From a virus (lineage: Duplodnaviria; Caudoviricetes): a DNA stretch of 64,000 nucleotides. The position numbers and the translations under genes were made by a program. Shown piece after piece: positions 10,661 to 19,596 of this stretch (its first letter is position 1; each line of letters begins with the position of its first letter). Under the pieces are notes generated by a model. It saw only the letters and a program-made list of their open reading frames with translations. It ran no database searches and was not told where the DNA came from. Where the stretch lies: IMG/VR virus record IMGVR_UViG_3300042256_000025; one strand, given 5' to 3'.

Positions 10661-10688
10661 ATTCCCTAGCCCTTCTGGGCTAGGGAAT
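10661..10688. terminator. Terminator hairpin between convergent genes
   Basis: attccctagccc-ttct-gggctagggaat. Confidence 0.75.
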
Positions 10689-10693
10689 CTATA

Positions 10694-11170
10694 TTAGTGC
10701 CAGAACGGTGCTTTATAGTAGTACCGCATTATAGCGTATCGTCCACCCGTACCGAAGTAGATGGATACGATGGATACTAAAACCGCATAGAAGATCGCAC
10801 TGTAGTGCCAAGGGTGACCCTCTCGACAGAGTACCACGATCCCAGACACGAGGACCGCAAGTCCTATAGCGATACCGATGCGGAATATACGTGCACTGCG
10901 GCGTGGGTAAAAGAGCAATGCCGGGTACATTACAAAAAAGATAGCGTGTGCCATTAGGAAATAGATATGCGTGGCACCGGGTACGTAGTTGTAATACAGG
11001 TAACTAATACCTACGGTAAAGCAACCACTTTTCACTAAACGTAGACTATTGACATAGGGGAGTATCCTCCTTTCAGTGTAATGGTCATATAAAAATAACA
11101 GTAGCCAACCTAGGCTATCAAAGAGTAAAAACCATATTGTAGCCTCTTGAGGCGTTAATAGGTAATCCAT
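10694..11170 (-). CDS. Hypothetical multi-pass membrane protein
   Basis: 158 aa with about five hydrophobic segments; GGAG RBS. Confidence 0.6.
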   Translation of the reverse strand: MDYLLTPQEATIWFLLFDSLGWLLLFLYDHYTERRILPYVNSLRLVKSGCFTVGISYLYYNYVPGATHIYFLMAHAIFFVMYPALLFYPRRSARIFRIGIAIGLAVLVSGIVVLCREGHPWHYSAIFYAVLVSIVSIYFGTGGRYAIMRYYYKAPFWH

Positions 11171-11239
11171 TGTACTCTCCCCCGATTATAAATCCCCCAT
11201 AGACTGCTCGGGTACATACCATTTACACTGACATAGAGT

Positions 11240-11276
11240 GTCCCTCAGAGAGCCACAGAGGCTCTCTGAGAGGGAC
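11240..11276 (-). terminator. Hairpin downstream of the sspB-like gene
   Basis: gtccct-cagagagcc-acaga-ggctctctg-ag-agggac. Confidence 0.55.
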
Positions 11277-11278
11277 TA

Positions 11279-11866
11279 TTAATGGAGGTTAGGATCGTTT
11301 ATCTTAGCACCGGGAAAGGCTACAATCTTACCAGAGGAGGTTTTAGGGACATCAGTATCGACTGTACCGGTTACAATACCATTATCACGCTCTAACCAGG
11401 CTTGGTGAACGTCGCGACGATGTATACCCTCTTCATCTACAGCAATGAAGAGGCCTGGTCCATATCCCCCTGCGATAGTTATGGGGTGTGCAGGGTGCTC
11501 GGGTACGTAGAGTCCCGTAATGGAGAGTGGGGGAACCCAAATCGTTTCTGGCACACCGTTAAAGGCTATGTCAAACCATAGGCACATTGAGGTACCATCC
11601 CACCCGTAGTTCTTACAGGCACTAGGCGATATATTCAGGGTAATAAGTGCCATTTCACCTGCTATGCGCACAGGGCCTGGCACCTCTATTTGATTCGAGA
11701 ACAATGGCATGACAGATGCTCGGTCATCCTCTACTGACTCTACATATCCAACGCATAGTTCCATGTGGACATTACCATGCTCACACAGGAAGTTATACGC
11801 GGACTCAAATCGATCGACCGCATCATTCACAGCGTATTCGTACCATTCTACTTCCATCGTCGACAT
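11279..11866 (-). CDS. sspB: SspB-like ClpXP adaptor (stringent starvation protein B family)
   Basis: ITLNISPSACKN..FDIAFNGVPETIWVPPLSITGLYVPE matches the SspB core pattern (IVLNIA..F.ARFGG.P....VP...V.AIYA.E). Confidence 0.65.
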   Translation of the reverse strand: MSTMEVEWYEYAVNDAVDRFESAYNFLCEHGNVHMELCVGYVESVEDDRASVMPLFSNQIEVPGPVRIAGEMALITLNISPSACKNYGWDGTSMCLWFDIAFNGVPETIWVPPLSITGLYVPEHPAHPITIAGGYGPGLFIAVDEEGIHRRDVHQAWLERDNGIVTGTVDTDVPKTSSGKIVAFPGAKINDPNLH

Positions 11867-11970
11867 CGTGGTTCTCCTTTATTCAGTATAAAGGATAGGG
11901 TTAGGTGGTAATAAATGAAGAAAAAAAAAGATGTACCCTGCCCCCATGAAGGGGGCAAGGACAATGCGAC

Positions 11971-13224
11971 TTACGGATTATAGGCGACGTAGAACATATT
12001 GTTCTTATATCCAACCTCGCCTCCGTTTTGGATGAAGGTTGAGAGGTGTCTTCGATAGAGGGCACCTGATACCGATTTACCCTCTGCCCAACCCTCTACC
12101 CATTGGATACCTGAGCCAATCTCTTTGTATAGACCCATTTCACGTATAAGTCGGTAAAAATCCTGACGGTGCAAATGGATGCGGTTTCTTTTATTCTCAT
12201 CCACCAAACCTTCGTCTCCAAAACTGAAGTCTTCTACCTCCTTTTCAAGTATACGGTCGCGCTCAATGTCCCCATCATAGAGACGAGCGAGTCGTTCCAG
12301 GACACGGGTATATGCGACTGCACCAGCCTCCGAGGTGGACTCAGGTCCATACGGATATACGTAGGTGTTATACGCCGCTATCTCGCCTTGTCTATATCCA
12401 TGGCGAGAGATTTCGATAATGCCAGGATATCCTAGGGACGTATCCTTTCCTTCGGGTAAGGTCGTAGTAATCGAGGGATGGACCATGACAATCCGACTGG
12501 ATTCGGTGTTATTGTTTATCTGCAATGCCAGGGGACGATAATTATCAGGCACATAGTGCACCTGATAGGGATGTAGCAGACCCACCCCTTCCAGGCACAC
12601 GCTCCATCCATAGCGCCCCTGTTTAGATTTCCAAATTAGAAACTCTTCAGATGCATCTGTAGACAGCTGTACCAACTCGCCAGTATCAGCGACCACCAAG
12701 ACGATGCAGGGTACCTTCGACATGGAGGGCTCACATGCCTTCGGTAACGGTTCAACGGGCGGCATATTGGCCGGGGCAGTATACTGCTCTGCGGGTAGAC
12801 GTTGTCCCGTCCGAGGATCTAAATATTGCTCTTTATAGCGCGGATCGAGGTAACATTGCTCCAACGTATCTGCAGCTACTACCATGCCCGTATGCGCATG
12901 GACGTAGTACAAGTGTCCATCGGTACGTCTATAGGGCCCTTGGTATTCCCCCATTGAAGCAGTACCATTGTTCTCCGGGCTATACGCGGTACGGCCATAA
13001 TACTCACTGTCCTCTGTCGGCATGGTTTTATTCAGTGCCGCTTCCCCACCGCTATAGGTAATCTGGTTAAATGCGGCATCCGTTGCAATAGTCCAAGTAG
13101 TCGCAGCGTGGGTGGGGCCATCGGTACGGTTAAACCCATACAGCCGATTGAGAATCTCAAGCTCTGTCTTCCGTGACTCACTGTCTAATGAATCAAAATA
13201 TGCAATAATATCACGAATATACAT
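11971..13224 (-). CDS. Hypothetical protein
   Basis: 417-aa ORF with GGAGG RBS; contains the doubled motif YLDPR..YLDPRTGQ. Confidence 0.7.
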   Translation of the reverse strand: MYIRDIIAYFDSLDSESRKTELEILNRLYGFNRTDGPTHAATTWTIATDAAFNQITYSGGEAALNKTMPTEDSEYYGRTAYSPENNGTASMGEYQGPYRRTDGHLYYVHAHTGMVVAADTLEQCYLDPRYKEQYLDPRTGQRLPAEQYTAPANMPPVEPLPKACEPSMSKVPCIVLVVADTGELVQLSTDASEEFLIWKSKQGRYGWSVCLEGVGLLHPYQVHYVPDNYRPLALQINNNTESSRIVMVHPSITTTLPEGKDTSLGYPGIIEISRHGYRQGEIAAYNTYVYPYGPESTSEAGAVAYTRVLERLARLYDGDIERDRILEKEVEDFSFGDEGLVDENKRNRIHLHRQDFYRLIREMGLYKEIGSGIQWVEGWAEGKSVSGALYRRHLSTFIQNGGEVGYKNNMFYVAYNP

Positions 13225-13273
13225 AGTGTACCCTCCTTAGGGCATTGGTGTACTCTATATAGCGAATGCTCAT

Positions 13274-13552
13274 TTAAACCTTATCGTAATCCCGCTCCAG
13301 CGGGTCATCCGCTAAAGCACACAGCCGCAGCGTTTGCAACATGACGTGTCCATCTGCAATTTCCCTAATAAGTGCATCCAGCTGATCCAGACGCGCAGTC
13401 GTCGTAAATTCTACCACTACGTCCGGTAAACGAGAATCCGGCACTACCCGCATTTCAAAATCGCCGTAGTCACTGCGCTTAGATTCCAATGCACTGCGAA
13501 GCTTTTCTACATCAGCGCTACACTCTGCTCGACAGGAATACGTATATTTCAT
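13274..13552 (-). CDS. Hypothetical protein
   Basis: 92-aa ORF 5 nt downstream of the previous gene in the operon. Confidence 0.65.
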   Translation of the reverse strand: MKYTYSCRAECSADVEKLRSALESKRSDYGDFEMRVVPDSRLPDVVVEFTTTARLDQLDALIREIADGHVMLQTLRLCALADDPLERDYDKV

Positions 13553-13557
13553 AACCT

Positions 13558-14115
13558 TTACCCCTTAGATTGCACATGCTGTTGTTTACGCAGGCGAAGG
13601 TATTCCACTACACCCTTAACGTCGTCCCTAGACAGAATTAACGTAAGTGGAAACGTTACTGGCCCTTCCCGTGTACTCCAAACCCCGTCCTTTAAGCTAC
13701 AGTGTAATAGCTCGGGATTCATTTCACTGTCATTCTCAAACGTAGGCACCACTCCCACCTGAGTGAGCAATGCCAGTTCATCTGCCGTATTTACCGATAA
13801 CTCATAATCGCCCACTGCGGTTACCAGTGTCTCAGGGCATGCACTGAAAACACCCAGGTTTTCAAGGATACACTCCAGCACACCCTTATTAATCGATCTA
13901 TCTTCACAATAGTAATACCCCTTCCACTTCGCTGTACTTACAATGCAGTAGGTGGACTCTACTGTAGGGATATAAAGTCCCTTATTCCACATAACCGTCT
14001 TACCCGAGTGTGTTATAGTCGTCATCTCGGTGTAACTATCACACTCGACCACCTTACCTTCTTTGCGATAGGGTAGTGTAACCGCTGCAATGCTAAAATC
14101 GTCTACATTAGACAT
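13558..14115 (-). CDS. Hypothetical early protein
   Basis: 185 aa, AAGGAG RBS, preceded by an early promoter motif. Confidence 0.7.
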   Translation of the reverse strand: MSNVDDFSIAAVTLPYRKEGKVVECDSYTEMTTITHSGKTVMWNKGLYIPTVESTYCIVSTAKWKGYYYCEDRSINKGVLECILENLGVFSACPETLVTAVGDYELSVNTADELALLTQVGVVPTFENDSEMNPELLHCSLKDGVWSTREGPVTFPLTLILSRDDVKGVVEYLRLRKQQHVQSKG

Positions 14116-14149
14116 GGTGCTCTCCTTAGAGTTGGGTATAGTCCCTAAG

Positions 14150-14160
14150 GTAATATAGGT
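14150..14160 (-). promoter_or_regulatory. Early (virion RNAP) promoter motif ACCTATATTAC
   Basis: Exact 11-mer found six times, always upstream of minus-strand genes; contains the phiKZ early consensus TATATTAC. Confidence 0.75.
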
Positions 14161-14591
14161 CTACAGTCTTTATGAAAACGACATATATCCCCTACCCCTT
14201 CAATGGGGTAGAGTGTTAGTGCGGTAGTGGTCTCTAGTGTAATTACAGTATAATCTCCCTATATCCCTCTCATGGGGATATAAGGCTATACCAGTATACC
14301 TATTAGTATGGTAGTAGTAGAGGGTATGGGTAGTATACGGATAGACTCTATTACTAGTGTACTCTATAGTAGTAGTACTCTCTTAGTACATTAGTCTTAG
14401 TATAGGGTAGTAGTACACCCCTACTAGAAATAAGGAAACCCCTCCCTCCTCGCTCTATCTGTTCCGTTCATTCACTACGTTCATTCACTCCACAGCTAGG
14501 CTGCGGGGTAGGGGTACTTTTTAGTACATTATACCACAGTTGTGTGAAAATTTACTCATAATGAAAATACAACATAAAAGCCCTTACCCCA

Positions 14592-14945
14592 CTATAGGGG
14601 TAAGGGGATATCCATGTAGGCTTTATAGTGCTCTATATCCGATAGATGCAATGCCTGAACCTGTAGTCGTCCATACTCCTCTGTCATTAATCCCCATAAC
14701 TCCATAGGGGTATAGTGCTCTACTACCCCTATATAGGGCTCTGGTAAGGCCTCGACTGAAGGCACAGAGTTAAAGTGAGGGTAGTCTACAGTCAACATGC
14801 GAAGGTACTCAAACACCTTATCCCGATAAATGGCTACCCCAGTAGAGGACTCTGGCCAAGCGACGGCTTCAAAGACACTACGCTGCACGTACATCGTAGA
14901 CTTGAGCCTTAGCTGTATTGCATCAATCTCTTCATAGGGCAGCAT
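14592..14945 (-). CDS. Hypothetical protein
   Basis: 117-aa ORF overlapping the end of the HNH gene. Confidence 0.5.
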   Translation of the reverse strand: MLPYEEIDAIQLRLKSTMYVQRSVFEAVAWPESSTGVAIYRDKVFEYLRMLTVDYPHFNSVPSVEALPEPYIGVVEHYTPMELWGLMTEEYGRLQVQALHLSDIEHYKAYMDIPLPL

Positions 14946-16761
14946 TATTCTGTTTCTCCATATACTCAGTATAGGGGTATGGCTTATAGCCCGCTACACA
15001 CTCACCCCGCCTAAACCATCTAGACGCGTCTGTCTTATTCATCCCCACTACCTCACCGGCTGCTTTCTTCGTCGGATAGACGCTCACCTCACCCGATTCC
15101 ATATGCACTAAAACCGCACGCGTATCACTCTCACGCATGTACGCTAATGCCTCCTCTCGACTCGGCCACTCTACTCCACTATCCGTATATCGAAATACGT
15201 AGCCATTCATAACGTGGGTATTCTTTCGACGCAAATAGCTCTGAATACTCGCCCGACTCATCCCTAACTCCTTCGCAATCTCCGTATGTCCCTCTGCACT
15301 AATAACCTTGTCCTCCACTACATTCCACGCCTCTACCCTATGGCTTCTATTCTTAGCGAGCTCTTTAGGATTTACAATCAAATCCATACGAGGCCAAGGC
15401 TCATCCAGGTATATAAAGATGTGAGTCTTCTGCCAAGGATAAAGCTCTCGGCGCTCTAGCATACCCCAGAGTGTAGACTTATCAATCCCTAGTTGACGAC
15501 TGCACTCTAACGCACTCTCGTACACGGAGACACTGCCGTTGCGAATGTCCAGTGCCTTTACAGGACGTAAGTTACCATTACTTAGAGAATAGAAGTGCGC
15601 GTGCTCTATATTCTCGCCCTGCGTAACCCACTCTAGGTTGACGTACCGGTTATCGTCTCGGATAAGGTTAATGTGGTTAACATGAGTTTGACCCTCATGG
15701 TCAGGTTGTTTAAACGCACTGGCTACAATGCGGTGTACCCCTACCGTGCCCTTTGCGCCGGTTCTAGAGTTAAAGGTATGGACCGTCTTATAGCCATTTA
15801 TGACAGATTGTGCCTTTACCTTTCCGGTGTTTATGTCAACGACCGACTTGCCATCTGAAGAGACGACTACCCATGGATACATATCCGAAACGTAATGCCC
15901 AGGATAGTCTTTAGATTCTACCGGTTCCTTATACTGGTGAAACATTATCTCACGCGGCGTAGCCAGTCCCTCATTCTCACCGTCCCCTACCGCAGCCGCC
16001 ATTCGTTGAAATTGCATTAGCCGATCGGCTTCACTTGCCCTAGGGGACTTCGACCAATATAGATTCTCAGGTACGACGTTCAAGGGGTTACCATCAATGG
16101 GATGTACGTACACATGTGTTTCTGGTGCATCGTTAAACACATAGGCTTCAGCCACTAGTCTAAGTACGTCGATTGCCCTGCCCTGCTTTAACTCCGAATC
16201 ATAATACGTAACCCTTAACCGTTGTCCATTTTTAACTGGTGTCAACAGCTTGCCTGTCTTAAGGTTAACGATCTTACTGCCATCCCGACTAACCGCTAGA
16301 AAAGATGGGTTCTGCGCACACTGGTATCCCTCATAGCCTTCTGGCGAGGGACTAACCAAAATGCGGTGGCGGTTAACGTCATATCCTACATCCCGTCGCA
16401 CTAAAGTAACGTTCTGTTTATTGACATACTTGTTGTTAGCCCCCCACCGTAAATTAGTTAACCCGTAGTCCGCTGTATCGCCATTAATGTACGTTACCAT
16501 CGACCCCTCATGTGGCGCTTGAGGCAATAGTGTCGATGCGACTATTTTACCGACAGAACACATCCGCTTCTTCTTGTAGTCAGCGTCATAGGTGAATACA
16601 TAGTACCGACCATCCGTCACACTAATAGGTAGCTCAGTGTGATCATCTCTCCGTATAATAGACCCTGATTTAGAAACATACACCTCCGGATATACCTTTG
16701 ACTGATAGTACCCCTCTACCGGTGCCGGGGAGCCATTCCGTATAATCGACTTTTTACTCAT
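14932..16761 (-). CDS. Free-standing multi-domain HNH homing endonuclease
   Basis: VHRIVASAF..HVNHINLIRDDNRYVNLEWVTQGENIEH; two upstream degenerate HNH-like repeats; three C-terminal NUMOD1-like repeats. Confidence 0.8.
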   Translation of the reverse strand: MSKKSIIRNGSPAPVEGYYQSKVYPEVYVSKSGSIIRRDDHTELPISVTDGRYYVFTYDADYKKKRMCSVGKIVASTLLPQAPHEGSMVTYINGDTADYGLTNLRWGANNKYVNKQNVTLVRRDVGYDVNRHRILVSPSPEGYEGYQCAQNPSFLAVSRDGSKIVNLKTGKLLTPVKNGQRLRVTYYDSELKQGRAIDVLRLVAEAYVFNDAPETHVYVHPIDGNPLNVVPENLYWSKSPRASEADRLMQFQRMAAAVGDGENEGLATPREIMFHQYKEPVESKDYPGHYVSDMYPWVVVSSDGKSVVDINTGKVKAQSVINGYKTVHTFNSRTGAKGTVGVHRIVASAFKQPDHEGQTHVNHINLIRDDNRYVNLEWVTQGENIEHAHFYSLSNGNLRPVKALDIRNGSVSVYESALECSRQLGIDKSTLWGMLERRELYPWQKTHIFIYLDEPWPRMDLIVNPKELAKNRSHRVEAWNVVEDKVISAEGHTEIAKELGMSRASIQSYLRRKNTHVMNGYVFRYTDSGVEWPSREEALAYMRESDTRAVLVHMESGEVSVYPTKKAAGEVVGMNKTDASRWFRRGECVAGYKPYPYTEYMEKQNNAAL

Positions 16762-16878
16762 TTCACAATCCTCAATCCTAAGTTATAGTTCTACCATAGG
16801 ATACGATCCAAATGAAATTTTACTCGAGTAATTCGAAATGTGCTCTTACCCCCGGAGAAAAAAGACTTTAATCTGGAT

Positions 16879-18141
16879 TTAAGTCAATGAATTCAGATAG
16901 TCATACTTACGAGTCTCTAGTCTATTGCCGTGCATCATAGCTAGGAAGGATTGGAGTATAGCGCTACCTACGGCAGAGGCTTGTGGACCTAGTCCGATTT
17001 TGGAGTCGGTTACAAGCTTACCCATACAGACACCACAGAAGTTACCATGGTCAGTATGGCAGGTCATAGGGCTACGGATAGTAATGGTTTTACCCACCAG
17101 GTTGTCGAGTTCGCCCGCCTCTATCGGGATAAGATCTTTACCTTTAAATCGGTAACGTCCTACAAACTTATCTTTGTTGTATTCCGTAACCGGGAAGGTG
17201 ATGCCCACAGTAGACCCACAGTCGTCTTCAACCAATTTCGTGTTCTGGAAGATACGGGCTGAGAACTTAGCCGCTTCACCCCCCAGTGCGGTAGAGGCAC
17301 CACGGTTATAGGAACCCATACGTAGTGAGTTGACCATCATGGGGAGATGTTTCATATCCCACCCTTCACGCAGTGATGGAATGGCCAGCTCATACTTAGA
17401 GGGATCCTCCAGTGTAGGCTCACCCCCGAACATAATGTGGGTGCGCTTTAGGGATACCTCCATATCCTTAGGCTTAAGCATGAACTCATTAATGTCATCG
17501 CCTTCCAGATATGTGCGGTAGTAGTCTACGAGTTCGGCTTCTACCTTGGCAATGATAGCAGGGTCATGAAGTTGACCCTTATACTTCTCGAGTACCGCTT
17601 GTCGCCGTTCGGCCATATCGCTGGGTGGGATAATGGCCTTACGGGTAGCAGAGGGTACCACGGCATTCGCTAGGGCCGTCATCATCGAGATGGCTCGAGT
17701 AAAGGCACGATACTGTTCTACGGTAACGGTCTTCTCGGTTAGGGCCTTAGCGACCAGCTTATCGATATATTTACCGTTTAAGCGTTGGTTCTGATACGGA
17801 ATCGCATCGGTAAACGCGTATTCGAAAACGATAAGGTTTGTAAGCAGAGTAGAGTAGTAGGTCTCTACAGATTCCTTAACAATCGGGAAGATACCTGGAG
17901 GCACCGTAATAGGTTCCCTGTAGTTAAACAGGGGCGAGCCTTGGATATAGCCATCAATGATGGTGGCGTCCCCGTCCTCGTTTACTGTATAAGCTGCACC
18001 GTCTGCGATGTAGAAGTCGCCGATTTCTCGGTGTTTATTTAAAGGGGTTTCACCTACAATGGCAAAGGCCCTGAGGAGCCAATGGCGCTTGTAAATAAAG
18101 CGGTGGCGGTATGCCAGTACAAAATACTCAAACAGGGTCAT
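16879..18141 (-). CDS. rpoC: Virion RNA polymerase beta'-like subunit (phiKZ gp80-like)
   Basis: Bridge-helix-like RGASTALGG, EDDCGS, IRSPMTC..CGVCMG Zn site, trigger-loop-like LQSFLAMMH. Confidence 0.85.
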   Translation of the reverse strand: MTLFEYFVLAYRHRFIYKRHWLLRAFAIVGETPLNKHREIGDFYIADGAAYTVNEDGDATIIDGYIQGSPLFNYREPITVPPGIFPIVKESVETYYSTLLTNLIVFEYAFTDAIPYQNQRLNGKYIDKLVAKALTEKTVTVEQYRAFTRAISMMTALANAVVPSATRKAIIPPSDMAERRQAVLEKYKGQLHDPAIIAKVEAELVDYYRTYLEGDDINEFMLKPKDMEVSLKRTHIMFGGEPTLEDPSKYELAIPSLREGWDMKHLPMMVNSLRMGSYNRGASTALGGEAAKFSARIFQNTKLVEDDCGSTVGITFPVTEYNKDKFVGRYRFKGKDLIPIEAGELDNLVGKTITIRSPMTCHTDHGNFCGVCMGKLVTDSKIGLGPQASAVGSAILQSFLAMMHGNRLETRKYDYLNSLT

Positions 18142-18931
18142 GGCGAGTACCTAACTGAAGGGTAAGTTCACGGTAGAATACGGGGTGGAGTTCGGGTTCC
18201 ACATATTGCTCGATAGCCTGACTGAGGATGTCTTCTAAGGCCTCAGTGGGGTGTTCAGAGGCGAGGGCCAGTAAGTACCACTGCCGTATAGCCTCTTTAG
18301 GGGTAAGATCATTCAGAGTGACGTAGAGGGCACGGGCTGAGGCCTTAAAATGAATAGGTAGTCGGCCACGGGTGCGGATAAAGTCTAAGGCTGGTCCGGT
18401 TTCTTCGGATGTGATCGCGTGTTTTAACCGTGCCTCTGCTTCCTCCCCTTCATTGACGTACGGCTCAATACGCTCTATGCCCGTATAGGCATCTAACAGA
18501 CGACCATCTGTGAATCCGATTAAGGATCTGAGCTGATGGATACTAAGGTCATTTATATGTACCAGCGCCGAAATGAGTCGCTCATTTGCATCCACTGCTT
18601 CAGGGTCGAGTGCTAGGCTAACATCCACCAAGAGGGGGTCTGTAAGGACAGTGCAGGCTTCGGCTAATTGAATGAGGTGATCCAAGCGGTGAGACTCCTC
18701 TGCATTGAGCCATACCCCTAATCCACTGAGGTAACGCTCTAGGTGCTCGCTGTAGCGGTAATTAATGCTGGCGATAATGTCGTTACTTTCCTCTAACCCT
18801 ACATCGGCTTCTTCTAGGTCGAGTTCATGGTCGGTATAGCCTACCCCCTGCAGTAACTGCTCTGTCTGTATAAATACACTGAGATGCTCTAAGGGTATAA
18901 AACTGGAAATGCGATCAAATAACGTATCCAT
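18128..18931 (-). CDS. Conserved hypothetical protein (phiKZ gp79-like)
   Basis: 267 aa, AGGAG RBS, overlaps the RNAP gene. Confidence 0.65.
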   Translation of the reverse strand: MDTLFDRISSFIPLEHLSVFIQTEQLLQGVGYTDHELDLEEADVGLEESNDIIASINYRYSEHLERYLSGLGVWLNAEESHRLDHLIQLAEACTVLTDPLLVDVSLALDPEAVDANERLISALVHINDLSIHQLRSLIGFTDGRLLDAYTGIERIEPYVNEGEEAEARLKHAITSEETGPALDFIRTRGRLPIHFKASARALYVTLNDLTPKEAIRQWYLLALASEHPTEALEDILSQAIEQYVEPELHPVFYRELTLQLGTRHDPV

Positions 18932-19200
18932 TATACGTCTCTCCTATAGACTGGGAACATACCATTTCACCCCACAGTTAGAGGGGTGCAGTGTGTTGGT
19001 TATATATACTACTTTTTCCGTAATTCCGACCTTGCCAAAAACCCCCGTCCCATCGAGGTTTGCCCACAGGCACACCCCCGGAAACATTGACCCTCGATTT
19101 CAGAAATAAAATCATTTTAACCACCCTAAAGGAATTATACGTGAAAAATTATAACCCTAGTATATGCTCTAGCAAGAATAGCAGTTTACGGAGAAATACA

Positions 19201-19596
19201 ATGGAACAGCACACCCCCCAAGACGCAATGCCGCTGGCAGAGTGGAGCAGTATCTTAGAGCTAGCGAAATGCTGTGATGACATTGTTCGTCACATCGCTG
19301 CAGGTATGGTAGCCGTGGTGCAGCAGGATAAAACGCAGTATGATGATGAGCTAGCACAAGCACTCACTGAGGTCAGGGAGACGCTTACCGAGACACTGGC
19401 ACAGGTGCCCAAGGGCATGACCTATGTATCTGATGACGATCATCCGCTGTACCTGAAATCGTTTGTCGAGATTTCAGACGTCAAAGATCGTCTCTTTGAT
19501 GAAATTGTACCGATGGCGAATGCCTTTACCGCACGGGCTGTACCCGATGCAGGACTGAACATTGATGTACAAGGAATTATCAACGATGAGCACTGA
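19201..19596 (+). CDS. Hypothetical protein
   Basis: GGAG RBS before ATG 19201 (MEQHTPQ) inside listed ORF 19060. Confidence 0.6.
   Translation: MEQHTPQDAMPLAEWSSILELAKCCDDIVRHIAAGMVAVVQQDKTQYDDELAQALTEVRETLTETLAQVPKGMTYVSDDDHPLYLKSFVEISDVKDRLFDEIVPMANAFTARAVPDAGLNIDVQGIINDEH

Noticed and set aside
14161-14591. CRISPR array or tRNA cluster
   Set aside because: Only one 12-bp direct repeat pair, with no spacer periodicity and no cloverleaf or T-loop consensus.
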